Shown: piece after piece, positions 52,935-64,000 of the stretch | Layout: the number at the start of each line of letters is the position of its first letter | Numbering within the stretch: the first letter of the stretch is position 1 | The notes under the pieces: model-generated | Seen by the model: only the letters and a program-made list of their open reading frames with translations | What the model was told of the DNA's origin: nothing | Database searches by the model: none | Translations under genes and position numbers: made by a program | Assembly (NCBI RefSeq): GCF_006345805.1 | Contig: NC_043010.1 | Coordinates: forward strand, 46,128,001 to 46,192,000 | Direction: 5' to 3' | DNA: 64,000 bases | Source of the DNA: Octopus sinensis | Taxonomy: Eukaryota

Positions 52935-55235
52935 AGCAAAAGATAAAAGATAACCTAGTCTCCATAGTTCATAAGTTCAAATCAACTATAAGTATTTCAT
53001 GGTTTACTCTACATTGCTTCAGTTTTTTTTTTTTTGTAGTATTTGTGAAACTGTTTCTAAGGTATTTAAGTGGTCTATAATAATTGTTGCAATTAAAATT
53101 TTACAATTATTCTTTTCAATTATAAACTCGTTGATAACTAGAAACATTCTGAATGAATCATTTTTTTACCCCATTCTTCCAGATGCTGATCTTTTTAATG
53201 AAACCCTCAATTTTATCATTCGAAGTGAATATATTGCTTTTCTTTCCTTGAAGAGACAAGTTGAGATCATTTAGCTTCTCAAAGAGATCTGACAAATAGC
53301 ATAAATTTGAAAGCCATAAGTCATTTTGCAAAAGAGCAGCAAGATCAGATTCTTGTTTGGTTAAAAATATGATAGTTTTGTTTTTTAACAACAATAACTT
53401 CACACTCTTGACAGCTACCTTACTTCTGCATGTAATAATAAGTTTTTGTATTCTGAGTCCATGTCTTTACAGAGATTTAAAAATAAACAGCTGTTAAGGA
53501 CATGGCTTTTAATAAAGTTAATAATTTTGATAACATCCTGAAGTACATCATTTAATTCTGGTGCTAATTTTTTTGCTGCAAGGGTCTCTCAGTGGATCAT
53601 GCAGTGGGTAAAAGTTACATGATTATTATCAACACCTTTAACAAATGATTTAAAACCAATATTTTCATCCGTCATTGCTTTTGCACCACCTGTGCAAACT
53701 TCAATACAATTTTTCCATTGCAAACCTACAGTTTTAAATAATTCGTCAACTTTACTATATACATCTTTCCCTCTTGTATGTTCTTCCAAAGGATGACAAA
53801 ATAACAATTCTTCATTGGCTTTTTCTTTATAAATGTATCTGACGTATACTTACAATTAAGCCATTTTTAAAATATCAGTTGTTTTGTCCAACTGAATTGC
53901 AAATTTTGGGTTTTCTTTAAGTGTAATAATTTATTGCTCAAATTTGTCATTGTTTATTTCAGTAATTCTATTGGTGACAGTGTTGTTTGACAAAGGAATT
54001 TTCCAAATTTCATCACCATATTTATTTCTGTGAAGTATTTCTACCATCTTCATAGCAGCAAGTAATAAAAGTAATAAAAGTTTTTCCCCAATGGTGTATG
54101 GCTTTTTATTTTTAGCTATTAGATATGAAACTTCATATGACACTAATAAATATTTTTTGTTTCTAGAGATAAATTTCTCAAAATTTTGTTTTTCTATTTA
54201 GGTTATTGACATATGAGGGATGTTTGGATTCAAGATGGCATTTTAATTTTCGAGGTTTCATACTATCCACTGTCAAAACGTTATTGCAAATTAAACAAAG
54301 ATGTTGTTCTATACCAACACTATTATTAAAAGTAAAGCCGAATTGGAGAAACAACTCATCATATTTTCTTTTTCACATCTTAGGTGCCGCTCTCTGATTA
54401 CTAGGTCCTGTTTGAACAGATTTTGTAGCATTGCCATCTATGTCATTACTTTTGTTACTCAAGTTCAGCCATTTATCCATGAGTAAAAATATTTTAATTT
54501 TGAAATATAAATAAAATGATATTCATAAAATAATTATTATGAAATAATTTAAATAAATACCGACCTCAATCAAATAAAACAGTTATTTGTATTGTTATTT
54601 ATACACTTACTAGCAGTATCACCTGGCGTTGCTCGGGTTTGTTTCGACCCTTTAAAATTTTTGAAAAGTAAAAATTTTGCATTATGTAGCTTGTTATTCT
54701 CTTTAAGTGAACATTTTTCTGGTTGAAATACACTGAAAAATGGCGACACAGCAGTCAAAAAATCGTACAAAATAGGGATTTTCATAGAAAAAAGGGACCT
54801 TTTTGATGTAAATAATTTTTGGTCTTAACATGGTCCAATTTGAATTTTATCTTCTACGGAATGAAGAGCAAGCCTTCTTCTATCATACTCTCAATTTTGG
54901 TCAACTTGTGCCGCAGGGCCTCGGAGGAGATAGTGTTAGATAAAGGCTACCAAACCTGCCACACAGACAACTTCAGCTTTATATATATATATATAGATTA
55001 AGCTGAACACAATCAACCAACTACACTGAAAATACGTTGTCACTGTAGTAGTTGCAATGGTGCCGCACCTGCATTTTATTACCGCAGTGCTTGCATGGTG
55101 CATCACATTATATATTGTGCGCTTTTGAAATAACATATAAACTGAAATTCAAGTGTTTGAATTTAATATTCGTGACCCCAGCATTTCGCTTCATGATCCC
55201 ATTTGGGGTCATGACCCATAGTTTTAGAAGTGCTG
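52935..55235 (-). mobile_element. Decayed hAT transposon, Buster/Charlie (ZBED5/SCAND3-like) transposase pseudogene
   Basis: SYEVSYLIAKNKKPYTIGEKL..IPLSNNTV, CTGGAKAM (consensus CTDGA), THCMIH and LCYLSDLFEKLNDLNLSLQG motifs, with frameshifts; 5-prime TIR cagcacttctaaaactatgggtcatgacccc ending at 55235; 3-prime end lost next to a SINE. Confidence 0.92.
54610..54997 (-). mobile_element. Non-autonomous Helitron inserted in the hAT element
   Basis: Minus strand A|TC-TATATATATAAAG 5-prime end; 3-prime cccgagcaacgccagg hairpin-like segment then CTAG|T. Confidence 0.88.
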
Positions 55236-56156
55236 AGATAGACAATCATGGCTTGAATGCCTTTATTCATACATCTGCTGAATTGGAGACGATCCAGGGC
55301 TGAACAACAGTGTGATTTAAATTTAGAATGCAAAGGAATGAAACTATAAATTGTAAAGCATTCATTTCACATGATGCATATTTGTTTCTTCTAACTGCTA
55401 ATCCTTTCATCATCATCATCATTATTTAACATCCATGTTACATGTTGACATGATTGGAAGGTTTGCCAAGATCTGAGGAATCCAAGGATTGTATGATGCT
55501 CCAGTGTCTGCTTGGGTATGGTTTCCATAGCTGGATGCGTCGGTTAATGCCAACCACTTTACAGACTGTATTGTATGCAGTTTTTTTTTCTTTTTTTGTT
55601 CCACCAAGACAAGTGAAGTTGCCATCCAGCTCACAAAACTATGAACCCTGACAGGTGCTGTTGACTTTATGCTAGGAGATAGGGATGGGAAAATGAAAGT
55701 GAGAGGGTGAAGAACAGGTAGAGGAGCTACATGGCTACTCATATTTAGAAGAGAGGGTTAGAATTATTAAAAAACTGCTGCAAAAAGATAAACGGTGGTG
55801 ATGAAGTGTCCAGCTGGTTCTTCTTTTATGTGATAAAATTAATTGATGGTAATATATTGTATATATATACTAGGCCATTACCTGTCACTATGTTGCCAGT
55901 AAAAATATTTGTTAATCATCCATAAAGTGAAAGTCTGTGTTGCATTGTTTATTTGTTGAAAAACATACAGAAATACACACACACATCGACAAAACAAAAC
56001 TTTGTGTATTATATGTATACATATAGTCTTTTTTTGAAGTGTGTGTTGCGTTATGTTGACAGTTGCACTTAAAATTCCTATATTTTTAATCAAAACTTGT
56101 TAGTTACTAAGATGACAACACTATCTAGTTATCTCTCTCTCTCTCACACACACACG

Positions 56157-56187
<31 letters not shown>

Positions 56188-56261
56188 GCTCTCTCTCTCT
56201 CACTATATTTCTCTCTCCACAACATCTTTTTCTTCTCCCCTTCTTCCCTCTCTTTACACAG

Positions 56262-56314
56262 ATGTTGTTACAGACAAACAAAACGGAGATCAGGTTCTCT
56301 ATTATATGATTTAA
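56262..56314 (+). CDS. Candidate exon (D)VVTDKQNGDQ[VLYYMI*]
   Basis: Very strong acceptor tctttttcttctccccttcttccctctctttacacag; phase 1, in frame with 19582 and 45937; weak internal donor at 56293 or stop at 56314. Confidence 0.5.
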
Positions 56315-57086
56315 CCAAAATGACTTCTTGTTACACTGGCATGAAACCTTTCAAAATTCTTCAATGTGAATGTTTTGAGCCTGGTTGCCATCACTATTTT
56401 GCTACTAAAATGTCTCTCATTGTTGGTATTTGCTAGTATTTGGCTGGAGTTTTATAAAAATATCTATTTATAAAGATTGCTAAACACCTGACTGAAGTGT
56501 AAACTAATCTTCTAAATACTAATTTATCAAGACCAAGAGATTAGCTGTGTAAAACTTTGGTTAAAAACCGTATTTTAATATATTTAGCAAACAGCCTCTA
56601 CTGATATTAAATTCAGTTAGTACTAAATTACTGATAATTTCTAGAAAAAGGAAGGAAAATAGCTGATATAAACCAACCAATCATTTTACATCAAGTTTTA
56701 ATCTTGCTAGTTGCATGAGTTTACAAATTTTTAATTTAGCACAATACAATTGCATACATTATGCTATTTTCTTTTCATTACCTTCTGATATGAATCTTGC
56801 AGCTTAGTAGCTTAAAGCAGGTGGGGAAAATACCTTGTAAAAATTTATCGGAAGTTTGAATTCTTGATATCATTTATTAATTTGTTGTGCTTTTTTACAT
56901 CTGTTATGAGATAAATACTGAAAACTGTATTTGCAAGGCAAGTCATTTGGTCTGAGACTGCGTGTTGAAGTGGAATCATGCATTTGGTGCAAGGAATATT
57001 TTGACAGCAAATGATAAATGTTCCACCCCTTATCATTCAGATTACTCTGTCAAATTTTTTTTTTCTCTTTGTTTCTTTCTGTGTTC

Positions 57087-57122
57087 CTTTCTGTGGAAGA
57101 GCGTAGGCTCGAAACGTTGAAG
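57087..57122 (+). ncRNA. Minimal hammerhead motif, A6U variant, in a Penelope-like terminal fragment (57055-57215)
   Basis: ctttCTGTGGAaGAGCgtagGCTCGAAAcGTTgaag. Confidence 0.5.
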
Positions 57123-57249
57123 ACTTTTTCAATTCATGAGCGTTATACTAATACATCTGTTTGTTTTCTATAACACCTGTCTTTGTCTTTCGTTTTTTTC
57201 GTGAATTCTCCCCAAATGTAATTAATGCTTATTTGTTCAAATTTTGCTA

Positions 57250-57476
57250 TGTTTTGGGATGGCCACTTTTTTTTTCTTTTTGCCAAAGAAACACGTGCAC
57301 TATATATTTGTTCTTCACTTGTTTATTTTTGTTTTTATTATATCTTATGCCCATTGTCAGACAATGGACAAAAGATAAAATAAGAACAACTAAAAAAAAC
57401 ATTAACAAACAAGTAAATAACAAATATATTGTGCATGTGTTTATTTGGCAAAAAAGAAAAATGACCATCCCAAAAT
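57250..57476. repeat. Imperfect foldback (MITE-like), about 230 bp
   Basis: Centre ccattgtc-a-gacaatgg; arms ttttgggatgg..ttttgccaaa..cacgtgcac and gtgcatgtg..tttggcaaaa..ccatcccaaaa. Confidence 0.8.
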
Positions 57477-57727
57477 ATAATGTTTCGATACAGTTTCACA
57501 TCAGGGATCTTGGAGCCCAAATTCATAAACATTTATGCAAATTATTTTCAATTATATAGGCATAGGAGTGGCTGTGTGGTAAGTAGCTTGCTATAGATCC
57601 ACATGGTTTCGGGTTCAGTTCCACTGCGTGGCACCTTGGGCAAGTGTCTTCTACTATAGCCTTGGGCCAACCAAAGCCATGTGAGTGGATTTGGTAGATG
57701 GAAATTGAAAGAAACCCATCGTATATA

Positions 57728-57782
<55 letters not shown>

Positions 57783-58255
57783 ATGTTTGTGTGTCTGTGT
57801 TTGTCTCTCCAACATCGCTTGACAACTGATGGTGGTGTGTTTACGTCCCCGTAAAAGAGACCAACAGAATAAGTACTAGGCTTACAACGAATAAGTCCTG
57901 GGGTCAATTTGCTCGACTAAAAGCGGTGCTCCAGCATGGCAACAGCATGGACAACAGACTTTAAATGATGATACTCTTTTACTTGTTTCAGTCATTTTAC
58001 TGCGGCCATGCTGGAGCACCGCCTTTAGTCAAACAAATCAAGCAAATGCACATATCGTCAGCCACTAAGGGACATGCTCAACTGCTTAAGGTCAAACAAC
58101 TGACAAGCAAATCTGTGGTATTAAGCAAAATATTTGCTGTAGCCCGTCTTTTATACCAAGTCAAAACAATGTACATGATAACACTTCCAATCATTTAAGA
58201 TCAGAAGCCATGAGAGCCACTGCCTGGTACTGCATCAGGGCATTTATTGTTGTTG

Positions 58256-58301
<46 letters not shown>

Positions 58302-58344
58302 CATTATCATCATCATCATCATCATTATTATTATACACACATTT

Positions 58345-58815
58345 TATGACACTCGCATGAGTTGGCTTGATCTTGTACAGCACAGCATATCGTCACTTGT
58401 TGTGGTTCTTTGTTGTCGTCTTTATGATTTTTGACCTCCTGAGATCAGCTCTTACCAATTCTCTTGTCATCCTTGGTTTTTTTCCTCTTCTACATGTTCC
58501 CTCCACTTGGATTGCTTGGCACTTCTTTTTCTTTATACTCACGTGTCATCCTCTATTCACGTCACACGTACTCACTAGCATAGTCTTTTCTCTTGCATGC
58601 TATATCTAATTTCTTTCACACCCAGTCTTGCTCTTGGTTCATTCATGCTTTATCGTTCATGCAGATTAACATTACACATCCAACAGAGCATGTTTACCTC
58701 ATTACTTAGTTTTTCACTCATCATCCACATTCAATACCAATGTTTCAGTACCATGCAACATTGCATTTCACACTTAAGCATTATACAATCTGCCCTTCAC
58801 TTAGAGTGAAAATCC
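58345..58815 (-). mobile_element. RTE-clade LINE 3-prime fragment, decayed
   Basis: KKCQAIQVEGTCRRGK and upstream decayed RT C-terminal pattern. Confidence 0.6.
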
Positions 58816-58872
58816 CTTTGTTGTTTGCAGTAGAAATACCTCTGAACTTTTCCTAACCCATTCTTATTCTTG

Positions 58873-58910
<38 letters not shown>

Positions 58911-60836
58911 TATTTTTTCAGCAAAATATTTCTGATGTTCTGGTAAACTTTAATCTTTTGGAAGCTATCTCAGTCACAATGAATGTACAGTGTTTCTAAT
59001 ACAGATTTTGGAAGCTTTTAGTGAGGAATTATTCATGATAAAAATAAAAATATTGTATAGATTATTTCTCACATATATGCATCACCACAATTGTCAGTTG
59101 ATGTTTTAAAATTATTTATAATCACAGGCACAGGCATGGCTGTGTGGTAAGAAGCTTGCTTCCCAACCACATGGTTCCAGGTTCAGTCCCACTGCATGGT
59201 AACTTAGGCAAGTGTCTTCTACTATTGCCTTGGGCTAGCCAAAATCTTGTGAGTGGATTAGGTAGATGCTGGAAAAAACCCTTCATATATATACATGTGT
59301 GTGTATGTTCATTTGTTGTTGTCCCCCCTCCCCCACAACTGCCACTTGATAACCGTGTTGGTGTGAACATCCCATAACTTAGTGGTTCAGCAAAGGAGAC
59401 CGATAGAGTAGGTGCCAGGCTTAACAAGGAAAATTAAGTACTGGGATCAATACAGTCAACTAAAATTCTTCAAGGTAGTGCCCCAGCATGGCTGCAGTCT
59501 AATGACAAAACAAATAAAAGATAGAAGATTAAATTAGGTATTTTTTCAAAAAAGCGCTTTCAATACATTTTCGTTAGAAGTGTAACTGTGTAAATGAAAG
59601 TACTGTTTTGTGTATTTAGGACATACCTAGCAAATCCTGGCTTGGCAAGGTATCTCTATGGTTAGCACAAAGATAAAGGCTGAAGGAAGAGGTTCTCTGG
59701 TAAACTGAGTGTTGCACGACTTCTGCTAAAACAAATCATGATCTTTAGTTGACATATGATATAGAGATTGTTCTACGCCATATGGTGTAGTGTGTGTGTG
59801 TGTGTGTGTGTGATGATTGAAATATATTTAGAGCCATCCATCCATATGGTTGTTAATCTCATATTAATCTACTTATTTATTCTCATTGGTAACACCTGGT
59901 TTTGATAATTACAATCGAGTCAATTTGAAGATCTTAATTTTTTTGTGCACCGTGTCTGTGTATGTATAAATGTGTGCATTCATGCACACACTCATTTTAA
60001 GAATGAAATTTTTTTTTTTTTTTTTTTACGAAACTCACAAGGAATATTTTGAGGGGCAGCGTATGTTTACTTTAGCTTGTGTTGGTGAAATGACAAGAAA
60101 AATATTTAGTATGGTTTTAAAAACAGAAATGGAATGGATGAACCAAAGATTGCTCACTTCTGTGAACATCTCTGGAATGTAGGTGGAAGACTTAATTCTC
60201 ATCTCCTACAGAAGAGATTCTTTTGCCTGCCAAAATTCTATTAGGTCCCCTCATCTTTTATCTCTGCTTTATAATTTTGTGTTAAAATTAATATATTTTG
60301 GCTGTTTAAGTTCAGATATTTTCCTGTTTTGTTATTTTTTTTTTAAAGGTTCCTGCTGATGCTATTCAAACTAAACACCTAGGATTTGAAAAAACCATTT
60401 TGTTATTGTTAATTGTTAGACTTTATTTTTGTCAGTATTGTTTAACAAACAACTTAGCAAGTTGTCAACCAATCTGAAGATAACTCATATAAAATAAATA
60501 TTAGTGGGAGTACAATTTACTTCTGAAGCTAATAATAATAATAATAATAATAATAAAAACAAACAAACAAACAAAAAAAAACACTCAGAAAATGTTTGGA
60601 ACTGCCAAGATTTGAAAAACACTGTTATGAAGCAACTGGTGAGATGTATACCAGCTGTGTTGAAGCTTGCCATGTGCAGACATGATATTAATGTTGTTAT
60701 TGCTGCTATACATTCATCTGAGGATATTTTTTTTCTCTTTCTCTCTTTATTTTTAAACTAATCTGCTTGCCCAGTTGCTTGGTTGGTCACATTCTCTATC
60801 AACAGCATTTCTGATACACAAATATACACTCTAAAA

Positions 60837-61565
<729 letters not shown>

Positions 61566-61589
61566 CTTTAGAATAAAGCACCTAATAGG

Positions 61590-61990
61590 CACAGATGTAG
61601 CTGTTTGGTAAGGAACTTGCTTCCTAGCCACATGGTTCCCGGTTCAGTCCCACTGCGCTGCACTTTGGGCAAGTGTCTTCTACTATAGCCTCAAGCTGAC
61701 CAAAGCCTTGTGAATGGATTTGGTAGACAGAAACTGAAAGGCGAACTGGCAGAAACGTTAGCACGCCGGGCGAAATGCTTAGTGGTATTTCGTCTGCTGC
61801 TACTTTACGAGTTCAAATTCCACCGAGGTCAACTTTGCCTTTCATCCTTTCGAGGTCGATAAATTAAGCACCAGTTACGCTCTGGGGTCGATATAATCAA
61901 CTTAATCCATTTGTCTGTCCTTGTTTGTCCCCTCCGTGTGTAGCTCCTTGTGGGCAGTAAAGAAATAAGAAATTGAAAGATGCCTGTCGT
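61590..61990 (+). mobile_element. Family A SINE head with a nested family B SINE (about 61737-61975)
   Basis: Target duplication agaaa(c/t)tgaaag. Confidence 0.85.
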
Positions 61991-62029
61991 ATATAAACAC
62001 AGACACGGCAGAAATAAATAGATACCCTT

Positions 62030-62400
62030 ATAATCTTGCTATAATGTGCATTATGTTCGTCTATCTGTCTAATCCCTCTTCATGGTCAAATGGCTGAACC
62101 AATGGTCTTGATGTTTTTCAGGATAACAAAGGAGGTAATCAGGAAGGTTTTTAGTGAAAAAATGTGAAAAAGTATGATTCTTTAGTGGATATTGAGTGTA
62201 GTTGTTCAGTTTACAGGCGTAAAAAAAAAAAAATTTAATTAAGGGGGAGATAACTAATAAAAGAAGCAAAGTTAAGTAAGTCTACTTCTTACTATAATGG
62301 GCAATATATCTGTCTGTCTGTCTGTTCCTTTTCATGGTCAAATGGCTGGACCAATGGTAACAATGTTTTTCTGGATTACGAAGGAGGTAATCAAGAAAAA
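62030..62400 (+). mobile_element. Two Helitron/DINE-like 5-prime fragments (about 62030-62160 and 62280-62400)
   Basis: ctataat...(tctg)n..ttcatggtcaaatggctg.accaatgg shared by both. Confidence 0.55.
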
Positions 62401-62667
62401 AGTCCTGGGGAGAATTGTTTGACTAAAACCCTTCAAGGTGGTGCTCTAGCATGACCGCAGTCAGCTGACTGAAACAAGTAAAAAAATAATAAAGAACTGG
62501 AGTTTATAAAATTGATTATACTCCTTTGTGAATTTGAGACAGTTGTTAGTGTCTTAGACAAAATACCTTGCAGTATTGACCCTTTGCATTCAGAATTCAA
62601 ATCCCACTGGGGTCACCTTTGCCTTTCATTCTACTGGAGTTAATAAAATAAAGTATGGTAGGCTTAA

Positions 62668-62888
62668 CCCTTTAGCATTCAGATTAATTTGTCAAATAAA
62701 ATGCTTCTTTATTCACATTGTTTTGAATTAATTCATACATTATCTCCTAGCTTTGAGATTTTGGTGGTGTGATTGCTTATTTTTAGAATGACATTGTAGG
62801 GTTAGCACACGAGGCTGGAACAGACAGTTTTTAATAGAAAACAAGTAGAATATTTGGGCCAGATATGACCAGTTTGAATGCTAAATGG
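62668..62888. mobile_element. piggyBac-type MITE P1, full length
   Basis: TTAA-ccctttagcatt ... aatgctaaatgg-TTAA. Confidence 0.88.
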
Positions 62889-63138
62889 TTAATCCATTTG
62901 AACACCAGCACCTGGCCTTTAGATACCTCTAGCAGAGTTCACTCCACTACAGGTATGTGGATCAGGTATGTGGTTTAAGGATAAGGGTCTCCTTTCTTCT
63001 CACTTGCCATAGAGGCCCTAAATAGGGAACATGGGCATTGGCCTTCCTTCCCTGACTTAGTGATTTAAATAAGACAAAACTTTGTGTGTGTATGCATGTG
63101 TGTGTATATGTGTGTGTGTGTGCGTATTTGTATATTTA

Positions 63139-63330
63139 TCTATTATATAAAATCTGTTCTGTCTGTTTGTTTATGTGTCTTCTAGGATCTCGGGCATCCT
63201 CCATCCGATTGTGCTCAAATTTGATATGTAGATACCAACGGTATCAGGGCGTGTATAAGTCTTGAAAAAGTTACAAAAATCGATTCCAGGTGAGAATGCG
63301 ATCGATAAAGCCATGGGAAATCGTTTTTCT
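63139..63330 (+). mobile_element. Helitron-like 5-prime fragment
   Basis: A|TC-tattatataaaatctgttctgtctgtttg...ccgattgtgctcaaatttg. Confidence 0.5.
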
Positions 63331-63515
63331 TTGGAATAGAAAAAAAGTCTATCTTTATTTCTTCTTTTGCTGGTGTCTCAAATTTAGGTTAAATCAGTGT
63401 TTCTCAAAGGGGAGGCCTATGGGAAGGTCGGGCAAGTTGTTTTGAGAAAATCTGGTTTAAATGTTTGACAACTAAGCACCGTCCATTGGACGGTGGGGGG
63501 GGGGGGCGTTTTGCT

Positions 63516-63546
<31 letters not shown>

Positions 63547-63591
63547 AAAGTCAAGATAGAAAATGCTAAAATAATTTTATAAAAAACTTTT

Positions 63592-63627
63592 CAGTACCGG
63601 TTTCAGTCATTGAGTCTTTTTCAACTG
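63592..63627 (-). ncRNA. Minimal type I hammerhead motif, U3-A8 variant (left arm)
   Basis: cagTTGAAAAagactcaatgactGAAAccgGTActg; stem I perfect, one mismatch in stem II. Confidence 0.6.
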
Positions 63628-63754
63628 TAAGTATGGAAAACAATTAAACTTTGGAAAAATTAAAAGAAAAGTTTTTTAAAAAAATATTTGCATAGTATTC
63701 TTTTAAAAAACTTTTCTTTTAATTTTTCCAAAATTTAATTGTTTTCCATACTTA

Positions 63755-63790
63755 CCGTTGAAAAAGTCTCAATGACTGAAACCGGTACTG
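63755..63790 (+). ncRNA. Minimal type I hammerhead motif, U3-A8 variant (right arm)
   Basis: ccgTTGAAAAAGTCtcaatGACTGAAAccgGTActg; stem II perfect, one mismatch in stem I; palindrome ACCGGT in stem III. Confidence 0.62.
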
Positions 63791-63869
63791 AAATGTTTTT
63801 TATAAAATTATTTTAGCATTTTCTACCTTGACTTTTTTCCATATATATCAACTCGTGTGTTCCTTTTCA

Positions 63870-63923
<54 letters not shown>

Positions 63924-64000
63924 TATATACAGTTTAGAAAGTATGATGGTAACTCTGTGTGAAATGGTAAGCTTATTGTTCTAATTAACTCTAAGCTGCC

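Larger units (their letters stand above)
63545..63837. repeat. About 290-bp near-perfect foldback of a Penelope-like terminal sequence
   Basis: Arms of about 140 bp with few mismatches around a short loop near 63690; (TA)n on both sides. Confidence 0.92.

Noticed and set aside
60504-60761. 85-aa ORF with internal donor CTG|gtgaga
   Set aside because: Starts in an (AAT)n/(AAAC)n repeat and has no pyrimidine tract at the acceptor

Overview
Eukaryotic, AT-rich, repeat-dominated DNA. The SINE set, very long (TA)n/(CA)n/(GATA)n tracts and transposon families point to an octopus (coleoid cephalopod) genome; this is recognition from memory, not a database result. Almost every ORF in the supplied track is a microsatellite or SINE artefact, and no prokaryotic feature or CRISPR array is present. 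Supportable content: many tRNA-derived SINEs of at least 4 families; piggyBac, hAT and mariner MITEs; non-autonomous Helitrons; a decayed hAT (Buster-type) transposase; an internally deleted Ty3/gypsy element with both LTRs (12357-16016); Mag-like gypsy fragments; RTE, CR1/Jockey-like and R4-like LINE fragments; and Penelope-like (PLE) terminal fragments. A CpG-retaining domain (about 17.5-31.5 kb) holds candidate first exons of divergent genes. One is a plus-strand gene starting MGNTSS (N-myristoylation motif) with candidate 21-32 nt microexons; its product could not be identified. The most interesting signal is a set of minimal type I hammerhead ribozyme motifs in PLE-type repeats with three core variants. 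These include a compensatory U3-A8 core present twice in a 290-bp foldback at 63545-63837.
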